DNA of 64,000 nt, taken from the NCBI GenBank assembly GCA_000320545.1, contig ADNK01000828.1, forward strand, positions 124,001 to 188,000, written 5' to 3'. The position numbers and the translations under genes are program-made. Under the pieces are notes generated by a model. The model saw only the letters and a list, made by a program, of their open reading frames with translations, made no database searches and was not told the DNA's origin. Positions 1 through 12,799 of the stretch are shown here, one piece after another (within the stretch, counting starts at the first letter, position 1; each line of letters opens with the position of its first letter). This DNA comes from Bigelowiella natans CCMP2755. Lineage: Eukaryota; Protista; Cercozoa.

Positions 1-24
1 GCGCTCTGCTTTGTTTGCCATTTA

Positions 25-320
25 GTCTAGCGCTAGCTAATCATGCTAGCTAGCTCTCTAACTTTGGCGGACGCCATTTTTCACACTCTACACATGCAGT
101 CTAGCATCTGGCCTGCTAGGCTTCTGGCTATTTAGCTACACTAGTACATGCCAATCCTTTCTTCATGCTGTTCATGGTTAGTGGCATCGATAGCAACACA
201 TGTCTGATGTGGTTGTGCGATAAGCGCACAATCGCAGCCGATCATGAGACGCATGCGTCAGCTAGCACACGATAGATGCGTTGTTACGCGCGCTGGAAAC
301 TTGAAACAACTAGATAATGA
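25..320. other. CTAG-rich spacer downstream of the FIH-like gene
   Basis: At least 8 CTAG in the first 270 bp, together with GCATGC/CATG/TGCA-type words. Confidence 0.75.
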
Positions 321-428
321 CGCTCTAATCTGATGTAGATTGCTATCGCGGCACACGTCAATAACATACATGCTTGTCGCAAAATACTATAACAAGTGCT
401 ATCTTGCGGATGCTTAATTTAGTAAGAC

Positions 429-2553
429 TCATGCATTTGGCTGTATCCATTTTTCAATATCATTGCAATACCTTCCTTCTAGCATGTCTAGAATGAGGGG
501 CTCGGCTTGGGTACGACCCATGAAGTTTGATAAACAATTTACCATGAATTCTTTGACTTTCGAGTTTCCTTCACTCAGTTTCGTTGAGGGTTTTGAGGAA
601 TGCTTGGCTGAGAGCTGTTTCGCTAAATTTTGCAGCGATTCACTACCGAATATATTAAATACCTGTAGGGTCAAATGCCATCGGTTTTAGTCATAAGACT
701 ACGGAATGGGTTTTTGGTCTTTCCATTGTAACATACCATCTCCTCTAAGTTTCGTCGAACCGTTAAAAGATGACGTTGATCTAGAGGTAGCTTTAAAGTG
801 TCAAGCGATGCCTATAATGAAGAGACTAACCGTCAGGGCGGCAGTAGTAAAGAGGATTATATTTGCATCATTCTGGTCGCTGCTACCTACTACCTTTTGT
901 TGCTTTGACCAGAAAGTAATAGAAATAGCAAGGGGATCAAGGTTGCGAAGATGGTGCCACCAGCCAACAGGAAGATACAGTAAATCTCCTGACAGTGGAG
1001 ATATAGGGAAGGAAGTTAGAACTTAATCATTAGTAGATAGTTTGCTCATACCTGGTTGGAGAACAGCATAATGTGGCCGTGCATGCCGATACAGCGGAAA
1101 CCGGTGAAGGTCTGGATTGTCAGGATTTACCATGGCCTTTGTTTGAACAAGTTTTTGTCATCGATACTACTGTCCGATCCACTCTCAAATGTTCTTCACC
1201 TGTCTATCACAGGCATGATTGCACGGAAAAGCGTACATTCCTTGCCAATCACCAGGAGGCCATAAATAGACTTCCTTGCGTCCGCGCATTTGTGCAAACA
1301 TGTTCTCCTGCTCGTCGTAATGGGCTGGGGTTGTGGCTCCTTGCATACCAATGAGTAGGATATTTCTATCTGGAGTTCCCCATCCATACTTCTGCACTAT
1401 TCTCAGCAACCAATTCCAATTCCAAGATGCAAATTCAGATGAAAACTCCGAATGTCCTGATAAACTATGAAAGAATTTCAAGCAGCACCATTGAATCAAG
1501 ACGTTGCAATGCATATATGATAATAACTAACATCCCTTAGAAACTAACCTTTCTTGTAAGTATAACAAACCGCTTCTTCCCTTTTTGTTTCCATCTTCAT
1601 CTATTGCTGGGCCCTCTTTCGTTGTTTCCTGGACACGTTGTAAAAACTCGCTAATGGTTATGCTCTTTTCAGATGTCGGTGCCTGAAGGAACAGTCCAGC
1701 TTTTTATGATAGATATATAATTGACACATTGGAAGAAGTACAACCTTAAAGACATAAGGCCCCGTATGCTGCTCTTTTTTCCAATACCTGTTGATATTCA
1801 AGAGCAGCAATAGCAGTAGCATCTACCTTAGATGACAGTATATCTGGTGCGACATTTGTTGCACACACAATACCTAAAGTATTGGCTAGGAGACTCATAC
1901 ACTGTGACTTTCTTTGCCGCAAGCATACTTTGAATATGGCCCGGAGTCCATTTCGATTCCTTCGACTCTCCTACATGTTACATTTTTTCTAATCTATTTG
2001 GGTACACGACATATACGAATGTGTATACGCACGTATCCATTATGCTGTTCTATTGCATGCTGACCGGTGCTGCCCCCCCTCTTAATCAGTTGCGATCCAC
2101 GGATGACGATAGGAAGGTGAGCCTCCAGAAACTGATCCAATAGCGGAGACCCCCAGGGAACAACGCAGACAGGTCTATTGAGAATGTGACGAACACATCA
2201 GAAATTATGTTAACACGGATGAGCCAACGTAGGCTCGAGACGTCATTTAAGAAGTTAGTTTACCTTATGTTTCTGTAGGAGTCAAGGGTATCATCGCTTG
2301 GACGAGTTTCAAGTGACTCTTTATAACGTTTTGGATTTTTCTTGACGAAATCCTCAGTGACTTGAGGATGCATGAGCACCGGGTAGGTAAGCATTGCGTG
2401 GTTGCGCCATCCTAGATATTCCTCTATGGCTTCCAAAATGATATTCGTGGTAGCAGCAGCACTTTCCTTCCTTTCATCTGCTCCGTGGAGAAACAATGAC
2501 GAAATGGTATTTCTCGCTACCGTAGTGTTCCTGGTCCTCATCCTGATGCTCAT
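429..2553 (-). CDS. HIF1AN: JmjC 2-oxoglutarate/Fe(II) hydroxylase, Factor-inhibiting-HIF (FIH/HIF1AN)-like, multi-exon
   Basis: Spliced exons read NILLIGMQGATTPAHYDEQENMFAQMRGRKEVYLWPP...PCNHACDRQ / AMVNPDNPDLHRFP...VLQPG / DLLYLPVGWWHHLRN...ISITFW / ...LLTVRRNLEEM / ...LILDMLEGRY. This is colinear with FIH, including the HxD...H iron triad and the C-terminal dimerisation helices. The start is uncertain (2553, or a further exon up to about 2870). Confidence 0.9.
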
Positions 2554-2982
2554 ACGTTGATGATGATGGTTACGTTGCTACAGTTCTTCCCCATTCACTC
2601 ATTCATTCACTCATTCGTGCGCTCGGAGATTGCACTTCCACCTGCGACGCACGTGTGGCTTGCCAATTTAGGTATTCCTACCTTGTCGCAGACCGAAAAT
2701 CCTCATCCTTCGTAAATCCAAAACAAGTCGCAGGTTGATGATCCAGGCTATTTTCCACATATGGTCCTGGGGTTGTGGTTGTCGTAAGTTGATATCGGAG
2801 GGCCTACTCTCTTGGTACGAGCACAAATTGTTGCATCCCCCTCCACCGCGCCCAAAGCATCGGTACACTCATTGGAAGAGGATAAAGACAACCCACTTCA
2901 AACAATCAAGTCGTTTGTCGTGTATCTTTGTATGTCTACAATGCCCTATGCTTAGGTTCAGCTAATCCGAATTTAAATCTAG

Positions 2983-3574
2983 ATGGAGGCTGTGGCCGTC
3001 GTTGTTGGAGCTGGTGCAGGTGCCACAGTTAGGTCGCAACATTACTCCGATGTAAGCCATCAATAAAGACTGATACTTACTTTTTTTTTCTAATTTTGGT
3101 TGAATAAGACATTTCGCCTCTCAATTTGCGAAGCGGAAGCATTCAGACCTGGGGCCAGTGGCCATCACTGCTGTCAATACTGCTGGTATTTGTCAGATGC
3201 TTCGATAGATTTCATCCAGTAATTATGTGTGGCAACCTTTATGATATAGGTTCGTTTATTCTAGGGGCTGTAGTTGGAACTCCAAATCTGTCAACGAGAT
3301 CCCGGTGCTTGCTTGAACTAAACTACCTGCCATGCTGGCTGACTTACTCTGCCCATTTATGTATAGAGTATGCCTTGGGACGGGATTTTGTGGTGCTCTT
3401 ACTACTTTCAGCACCTACTCTATGGATGTTGTGACTATGATTGAAGCCAAGGAGATCGGAAGGGCGTTGCGATATATCGGCATGAATCACGCTGGCGGTT
3501 TAGGAGGTGCAACCCTAGGTTACCTACTGGCAAAACAATTGGCGCGGAGCACACTGGTGAAAAAGAAATGTTAG
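2983..3574 (+). CDS. crcB: Fluc/CrcB fluoride export channel, single domain, 4 exons
   Basis: MEAVAVVVGAGAGATVR / HFAS...AITAVNTAG / SFILGAVVG...SR / VCLGTGFCGALTTFSTYSMD...; GFCGALTTFST is the Fluc signature. The ATG directly follows a possible acceptor (ctag), so an upstream exon is possible. Confidence 0.9.
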
Positions 3575-3848
3575 TTCGGCTTCGCTTATTAGACAGCTTG
3601 AGTTGTAGTAGTGATACATGGAAACATGTATTAGATTAAATTGAAGGCATTAGAATGTGTAAGGTTATCTTACTAAGAATGAATTACAAGTCCATATTAA
3701 AGATGTGCGATTTTATTTGTTGCTAATGATGCATGCATATATCGTATCATACTTCGACACATGCCAGCCGGTACGTGCTTAAATATTGTAATTGCTACAC
3801 CATCTGCGGATTTGCGACAATGCTGCGAAATCATATTCACTAGTTCAT

Positions 3849-3893
<45 letters not shown>

Positions 3894-4374
3894 TGTATGC
3901 TATCTGGGTATACATAATATCAAACGTGCAGTGCTGGAGCATCACATGGTGCTTGTCTTTATTCTCGCTTCTGCCTTGCTCTACGTATGGTGTAAGCTAC
4001 AAAGCAAAATGCGTAAGCTCACTCGCAGCGCTAAAACTTTTTGGGTTGATTTGGGGCGCGAATGATAATTGTATACATTTACTCTTCAAATTTGGAATTT
4101 AAACCACATCTAATTCATTTAGACCTTGAACGTATATTTGGAGGCAGCGTATTATTAGCAGCAGAAAATTCTCTTTGTGCACATAGAACAAGGATTCTAG
4201 TCACCTATCACGGCAAGTAATGATGCCACCAGATGTCTGACCTCGTCACACGACGTACTTGAATCAAAGGGCACATCAATGCTACTGCAGATTCATGCTT
4301 TCAAGAGCTGGCCATGAGGTATTACTTACAAGTTTATCCCAAATATAGGTGCACATAGTGAAGTCGTTACTTAA

Positions 4375-6462
4375 TCATGCAATTCTCCAAGGAGACTTGA
4401 ACTTTGTCCTACAAAATGAATTTGCCCCTGGAATTTCGAAATCGGAATTGTCTTCCCGAAATCCATCTTTTGGAAGAAATAAACGCCGGTTTTCTAACAT
4501 ACTACGACAATGCAAACATAAGCAAAAGTAAAATGTACGTAAGCTGAGAGACTACATCAATTTGATTATGATACTACCGGTCAATCCGATTTATGATATC
4601 TGGCAGTTCGTCATCGGGGACACTTGCATGTCTTTGCCGTGAAAGCTTCTCAAAGAACTCCATATCCTTCTTGGGGAGAGTATTGTCGACGTTAAATTCT
4701 GGAATCTTCTCCCCAAGTATTTCAGCCCTAACTTTGAGACGTTCTTGCAGAGCCTATGTATGAAATGTGTGTTCCAAATTTGTAGAATATAAAATAATGG
4801 GTTGTTGACAACGAAAGCGTCAATGGATGTTGTTCAGAGAGCCGTTTTGCTGATATATTCGCATTTTATCCCTGGCTCGTAGCAAATTTACATTTTTTTG
4901 CTCTATCCTGTTATCACTTAATGATGCTGTTATTAAAGTAGAGTACACAAAGTAGACTACAAAGAATTACCGATGGATTGAATGTTCCTGCTCTGACTTC
5001 CTCCATCTAAAACGGTAAGGACTTTATACTCATCTTATCCCACACGTTGCAAAATTTACATTTGTACCGTTCGTTTCCATGAAGTCTTCGGAATGGTTTT
5101 CTTCGTTAAAGGCTAAAAAAGGTAAGTTCAGTCTTGTTGGATGATATGCTCTATGTACAGTTGAGTTATACGAAGAAGAAGAAGAAGGAAACCAACCACC
5201 TTGATCTGATGCTCAGCAGGATCGTAGGGCTGTATGTAGACCTCCTTACCTTGTGAGAATAGTCTCTCTTGCTCCACTTCATAATCATGCTGTGCTGAAT
5301 CAATACCGTGTCTTGACTTCTTCCTCATCCCATTTTTCGTCATTTTTCCTGGCAAGAATATAAATGATCTTACGACAAAGCTGCTTGCCGTGAGAGCATT
5401 GATTAGTTATATGGTGGTGTACACCTCCTTTAGGCATGCGGGTAGAGTGTGTTGGAGCATCTTGCACGTCGTCATTCTGTTCAGAATAGATGGCAAGGTC
5501 AAAGCAGCAGGATGATCATATATCTGGAATGAATCTATCGATGGTTGATAGACTGACCTGTGGAAGCATAAGGTCACTTCTTGTTTCGGTATCTAGCTCA
5601 CTTACTTCATTAAAGTGTTGTTGATGTTTGATCTCATCATTCTCTGTAGGATGATGTTCTAAAATGCTTGTTCCTTTGGGGAATGCTGCTTCCCGTTCAG
5701 ACTCGTCGCTTACACTGTCAACTCCTGGACATCAACAAGATCTCATTGTTGGAGACATCCTTATCGTGAAGAAATTAAAACGTGTGTGCGTGCGTGCGTG
5801 CGTGCGTGCTCAAATTGAATCCTATTATGTGTCCAAATACTTATAATGTAGACAAAAACAGACCACCCTTCACCGTGTGACAACAAACATTTACCAGAGT
5901 CATCTTTGCTTGAGCGACTGTGTTCCATATAGTATCCAGTGTCTAAGCGATTCATTTGCTTTGCCCTTTCTTCTCTAAACTGCCTCTCAAGACTCCTATT
6001 TTTCTTTGGTGTCACGTAGTCCTCTTCCGTGACTTCACTAGGTTCTTCTTCATAATAATTGGTAATGTTAGTTACGTTAGTTACAGTATGGGCTCAAATA
6101 TTTCTAGTATTTACCTCCTGGAAATAATGAAATTGGTACTTCTTTCCTCGGATCCTGCCTCCATTCTTCATTCCAAGCTTTCTTCCTTCGATCGCCACCT
6201 TGTTCATGCTTGGAGCACAAAGCATGCAGCATCATCATTATCAAGAACTTGCCACGTATATTTGAGGCGTAACCAACAACAAGCGGCAAATTTTACATTT
6301 TGTGATAGAATGTGCTTCCACCATCACCTTATTGAGTAGATTTCGAGCTGCTCTTGAGAGGCCAAATTCTTTTTCTTGGTCTTTGTCCTTCCTTTTCTGA
6401 CCCCGCTTGCCCGACAACCATGGATGATGGTGCGGATGATCGACAGCAGGCTTCATCACCAT
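4375..6462 (-). CDS. Hypothetical multi-exon charged protein, no recognised domain
   Basis: Chain of GT-AG bounded open segments, e.g. RSLERQFREERAKQMNRLDTGYY, GIDSAQHDYEVEQERLFSQGKEVYIQPYDP, ALQERLKVRAEILGEKIPEFNVD...DELPDIINRIDR, and a final MLENRRLFLPKD...SPWRIA*. The 5' end is uncertain and may extend to about 6757. Confidence 0.6.
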
Positions 6463-7065
6463 TATGAAAATCTGCGCACAGGAGAAGGCTTTCAACGCAA
6501 AGAAAACACGTAGTATAGCCAGGATTCATCGCATACATTATTGTGATGGATTTTATTAATTCGACGTTGGTCGAGTTGAAGTAGAATAAACAAGAGCCTC
6601 TGAAATGGGATGGATGCTGCTTTAAACAGTCCGCACTGTTTTTCGAAGAATATGAAACCCCAAAAAAATCACCAAAACTATTCACCATTCTCCTCTCACA
6701 AACCAATATCAAAGCGAGGCAAGGGTGGAAGGCACGCCATATTTTATCCTCCCGCATCGCATGCGAGCTCCGCTCGACGAGGATCGTCGGTGTTGATCGA
6801 GTTTTTGCAGGCTTTGTCGTTTTTTGTTTGCGACATGGAAAACTTGATGATTTTAGATCAATGATGCTTGGCGTTTATCCACTGCGACAAGACTTTTTAA
6901 TCATAATTCAAATACGACTGAAGCAACAACGGATAGTCCCCCCTCTATCCCTCTCTGGGGTAGGCAGTAGTGCGTAACACATAAAACGAGTGAGCGGTGA
7001 CGGCTGTTGCATTCGAATAATTTTGAAGGGGTTTTAAACTTGTTCTACCTTAGCGTTCAACATTG

Positions 7066-9672
7066 ATGGGAAACCATATTCATCACCATGATAAGCGGAC
7101 TAAAGCTGCTCTGAATGAGCTAGATCGCCATGAATTTATCGCTCCTCTTATGCACAAAGCTACACTTCAATGCCGCTATTTCGCTCAAGGAAGCAATGAA
7201 GATCAAAGAAAGTCCTCTTTTGAGGTTGATATAACGCTGAGCTTTTTCATGTTGAATTCATGCGCAAACGCTTGTCGAAGTTGTTATTGTATGATGTTTG
7301 AATCGAATCTATAATAATATTGAAAGGCATTTGAATTTGTTCGTCGAGAGGCATATCGAAAGTTTCATAGGAAAATTTAAAGGAAAGGCAAAGCTTACGA
7401 CATTAGAATGCCTTCTGCGCCTCAAATCTGAGTCGCTGACAAGGCCCGACGGGTCGAAACATCATTATCATCACAAGGTACATTCTTATTACTTACATAG
7501 CGGCTTTAGTAATTTATTCTGTTTACCCATCTAAGTACACGTGTGGATTTGTCAATTTTGAATTGGTTTCATCGCATATAATTGTTGCTGCTGGCAATTT
7601 TGCCTCATGTTTAAAACTTTGCCAACAATTAAGTTTCAGAATTTTTCTATTCTCACTTCTTACTATGTTCAGAGTTTAACTGTTTCATGGTCTAACGACC
7701 CCTATTTACTGGAGAAGAGCCAAGCTCCTGTTCAAGACTGGAAGATCCTCCTTCTTTCATCCAAAAATTATGAGATCTTTAGAAGCTTGATGGAGAAGAT
7801 GTATCAGCAAGTTTACCAAGAGGTAGTACATTTATAACTAGGTGGCTAGCCAGCTAGATAAACCATAAAAACGATTGATTCAGGTATTTTTCTGTTTCTA
7901 GTTTTCCTAAGTTGTTGCCGTCCATAGCACCTTGACTGCTGCTGATGCTGCTGCCGTGTAAGTTGAAACATCTTGAAAACACCACAAAAAGGTCTTATCA
8001 GAAGCCATTGCGGAGGTGAAAGCAAAAAGCAACCTAATCGTCACCCTCAAAGAGGAAGTAGCAAACTTAAGGGAAAAGTTGAACAATTGTAAAAGAGAGA
8101 AACGGAGATATCGTCATAGAAAAGTTGAACTAGAAGGTCAGTTGCTGCGAGGTGATCACGTAATATCCACACACCTACGACAATTAAGAGCTGCAGGAGA
8201 TCGATCTTCAAATTGTAAAAAGACAGCGACCCTACCGGAGAATATGAAGGTGACTATTCCTCAGATATAGCTGCTCTTCACATGATTATATGAGGAATCT
8301 TGTCTGTATGATTGCAGTTAAATGTTGCATCATTTGAAGATATTGGCAAAGAAGAAGCAAATGGATCGTCTACAAATGATTTGGATACTAACACCATCCA
8401 AATTGCACCTGAAAAGTTCAAGATGAAAGACGAGATTGTTCGTACAAAAGAAGATATTTCCGATGAAAGTACCGTGATGAAGCGAGAGAGGAAGGATGGG
8501 GAAAAAGATCTACCTGCAAAAATGCGTGAATGGTAAATCGACAAACCGAGTCTGTTAAGAGTACTCATAATTAATAGTAGTTCTCTAAATACTTCAGTTT
8601 AAAAAAGGCGAGTGATTCAAGCGAAGAGTCAGAATCTACTTGGAGGAAATCAGATGAAGAAAACCGAGTGCTGAGGGTAGAGTGATATAAGCAGTATTTT
8701 ATTTAGGCATGAGCTCAAAGTCTCATTCCCCCTCGCCCTTTTTGAAATTCAGAAGGAAAATGAGGAAAGTTTTAACGAGCGTTCTGACTCCAGCATCCAG
8801 CTAGATAGGAAGCTAAGTACGAAGAACGATGCCTCATTCTCTGCAACAGCTCCATCAGTATCAGCACAAAAGTCAGCCATAAGGAGACGTAGGCTGCTTC
8901 TTGGATCATTATCAGTTCAAAAGCACGATGATCATGAGGAAGACAAAGAAAACTACCCCCACAACAAGAGAAGGGCAACGATTTCACTCGCAAGAAGTAA
9001 CAATGATGCAAGCAGCTCTGTCAATCGAAGGAGGAAAGCTAAGATGTCTCACAACAATCATTCACCAAAGAACACACGCACAGTTGTTACTATTTCCACC
9101 TCATCAAATGCTGCAACTCCCAAAAGCAGTCTCTCGCGTAGCAAATTAGCGAGAACAGAGCACAATACAAGACAAGGTTTAATATCAAGAGGTTCTGAAG
9201 GAAGGAAAGCAAAAGGACAGAGGCACAAAAATCGTGGTTGGTGGGGATATGCAAGATTTGACTATCAACCCTCTCCTAAGGAGGTGAGTAGTGCAACATA
9301 GAAATGTATTGCTAGTGCTAAAGTTTATAATATAAACAGAAATCAACATCGACCTATGCACCATGACCAGGAAAAGACATTACTTCAAACATTGTCTTCA
9401 CGATTATGCCTTGTATTTAGGTGTCAAAAAAACTCGCTTTGACAAAAGGGGATGTTGTACACGTTTTGCAGGAAACAAATAAGGTTTATATGAAAACCTG
9501 ACTCTTGATTCATCAACGCTATGTGCAGACGTTTCTAACGATTAGTTGTGCTTAGGGATGGTGGTACGGAACAAAAAGTGTAAATGGAACATCGTTTGGA
9601 TCGGAATCGGGGTATTTCCCGGCAAAACACATCCAACAGTGTGACTTGTCGACCTGGAACATTTTCAGATAA
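7066..9672 (+). CDS. SH3-domain protein with coiled coil and possible BART/ARL2BP-like N-terminal domain
   Basis: The last three exons give GYARFDYQPSPKE / VSKKLALTKGDVVHVLQETNK / GWWYGT...GYFPAKHIQ, a clear SH3. Coiled coil at about 7960-8150. N-terminal MGN is a possible myristoylation site. Segments IERHLNLFVERHIESF and LLLSSKNYEIFRSLM only weakly resemble BART. Confidence 0.8.
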
Positions 9673-9865
9673 TGTGATTAGAGACCACCTTCGCTTAATT
9701 TGTTGCCTCATCATCCGATTGGCTTTGCTCTGTTGATGTCATAGGCTGCCATGCATTTAGGTCGTATTTATTGGCTGTTGTTGCTTCATATTTGATGAAG
9801 CTGCACTCGCCAGACATGTGTGTTATTAACTCATGACTGAAGAATTGTTGTGCATTGCATGCAAG

Positions 9866-10365
9866 CGCTAGCGCAGCTATGCGAGCAATAAGTAGAAGTA
9901 AGTGTCTTTTCTACTTATATGCTTTAGTTTGTCTAGTCGTACTCTACTAGTTTTGTTAGCTAGCATTGCACACAATGCTATCTCTAGACCAGGCTACCTG
10001 GACTATGTGACGCACTAGCGCATGTTGGGTCCACAGTGGCAAAATGATTATCGATCAAATTCACACATCCTGCCACGCACATCGCTAGATCGTATAATCG
10101 GCACGCTAGCACCGCTGATCGAATCGAATCGTCCGCACGTTCATTAACTTGTGCAGAGCTCTAGAGCTAGCCTTCTGCAGTCATGTGCGTGCGTCTATGT
10201 TAGCTAGCTAGTATGTAGCCAATGTATGTGCGTCACATGCTAGCATGCCATTCTATTATAGCAACGTGGCCATTCTAACATGCTAGCATGGCAACGTGAC
10301 TATAGTAGCATATGTTTAATTTATTCATTCCATACATCCGTCTTATACTAGCTAGCTAGCTAGCA
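9866..10365. other. CTAG-rich convergent spacer (SH3 gene / AP2 gene)
   Basis: About 18 CTAG in about 500 bp (roughly 2 expected), including (CTAG)n runs. Confidence 0.85.
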
Positions 10366-10560
10366 TATGTGAAATTCACCGTCCTCTCACACAACTCCGT
10401 ATGCCAGCTGGTATGTGCGGCGCATGAAGTGCATACATGCAAGCATTTATACAGGCCCAATGCACACATTATAAATCCATGTTAAAATATGACAGAATTT
10501 GAAAATCGGCAAACTTTAGTGTAATGATAATCTTGACGCACTTGATCCCTAAGATCCTTA

Positions 10561-10851
10561 TTAACCAACATGCCTTTCAACAGAAGCAGATTGAATATCC
10601 TGAAGAATTTTGTCATGCAACTTAGCTAGTGTGCCGAAGTAGGATTTGACATAAACTCCCCCACGAGCAATTTCAACCTAACACAGAATTATGACTACTT
10701 TTAGAATCATATTGGGAATGTGGTACATTGCACTCACGAACCGCCTTATTCTGTTTGAGATATTCCAGACCCTCCCTACATATATGATGTGAGGTGGAGG
10801 AGGAAATTGACCAACACAGTACAAAAACTGTTAAGATGGGATAGACAGACA

Positions 10852-10902
<51 letters not shown>

Positions 10903-11238
10903 ACATGCTATATGGTTTGAAATAAGCACCACCTATAATTAGAGGATCCGATTATGCGCGACAGCCTGTGCTTGCCTGACGATTCGAAACAACAACATTG
11001 AAAATGTTAGACTTGAGTGTCCTCCTAAATCTAAACCATCATTAGTAGTGGTACATGGATATGGCACCACCCATGTTTATTCACACCACAAACAAACAGA
11101 TAAAGAAAGATAACTTTGATGATATGACAGCCTAATCAGTGAGTCAGTGAGTTAGAAGTAGTAGCAGCAGATGTACCAAGTAGAATGCCACATCCTTTCC
11201 CTTGCACCTTGATGGAGACAGCCACCTTATTAAGCAGA

Positions 11239-11273
<35 letters not shown>

Positions 11274-12180
11274 TTATATTAATTAAATAATAAACAGCAG
11301 CAGCAAAATGATAATGATGCCAGACGCATTCTTCGGGTGCTGTATAATAAAATTGAAGGTCAACCAATTTTTTGGCTATCATCAGCTTCTTCAGTTTACG
11401 ATCCTTAGGCGAGAAAGTTGGTTCATTCTCGGGGCCACAGATTGCATCCTACAAACCACCAAAACATAAGACGCTTGTTTCTACTTTCTTTTCGAAAAGA
11501 AAATATTTGAATTTTTGAAGGCTGCAGTAGCATGTAGCCTACCAGATCATAATCGGTTGCAGGGAAATTTGTGAATGCAGATCTTCCTCGTGCCTAATGA
11601 ATAATGCTAATGTTACTACCCGCCAGTATTAATATATCGTTGCCAGAATCAGATAGAGGTCTATTTTCATCAAACTAGGGAATATGTACACCGTCGTAGT
11701 AGCTACTATTCATCAAGAGCATAGCAATCACTGTTCTTCTTCTTCCGTATTGACAACAAGTAAGTAACCACCTTCAGATTAGCTCTATCATAAGCCCTTG
11801 CCTAACGACAATTGCAAGCATTTAAGTACACCTTGGAACAACTCAATAATACTGGAAATATGATGATAATGATGATGATGATGATGATGATGATATGTCA
11901 TATTAATATAATGATGACTAACCGCGTCCTCTTTTGTCAAGAACCGGCCCAAATGAATCTCCTAAAAGATGATACGTTGAACAACATAATTATTACCGTT
12001 CTCATTATTATTATTCTTTATCTTGTTCTTATTATTAGTCTTATCGTATTAACCATTTCCAATCTCATTCGTTTACAAAAGTGAGAGATGGCAGCACTGG
12101 TTGCTGGTAATCATTGATAGTGTATGTAGCACTGGCAACAACAACAACAGGTGTTCTTATAGCAGTCGTCGTCTCTATCA

Positions 12181-12215
<35 letters not shown>

Positions 12216-12605
12216 GTAGTAGTAGTACCCTGTTAAGGTAAGAGAGAGTTGCTTCGAAATGCATCGGTCCTCTCTTTGGTATCTTCCGTGGCATTCTAAC
12301 TCCTTTGTACCCGCTCCTATTGGCTGGTGATGATAATAGTAATCATAGCAAGGAAAGAGCAGGAGGAGGAGGAGGAGGAGGAGGAGGGAGAGTGAGAGGC
12401 GAACGATAATTATCCACATAGCTATAATTTGTGAGATCACAAGGTCAGATACGCTTTCACACTCCTCGAAGTATCACTGGCCTCCTCCTCCTCCTCCTAC
12501 TCTCCCCTCTCCTCCACCTTGATCTATGTGATCTATTTGTTGTTGTTGCTTACCGATGTAGAGATTTCGCCCATCATTGGTCCTAAACAGCAACCCCCTA
12601 ATAAT

Positions 12606-12645
<40 letters not shown>

Positions 12646-12764
12646 GTGCTCTGTCATATCATTTATGCCTACATTCTGTTGTCTGAGCTACAAAAAGAGC
12701 GAACGACGTTATTTTCGCTATTAGTAGTGATATTCTTAATGCGCTGATTCTTGCTGCAAATAGC

Positions 12765-12799
<35 letters not shown>

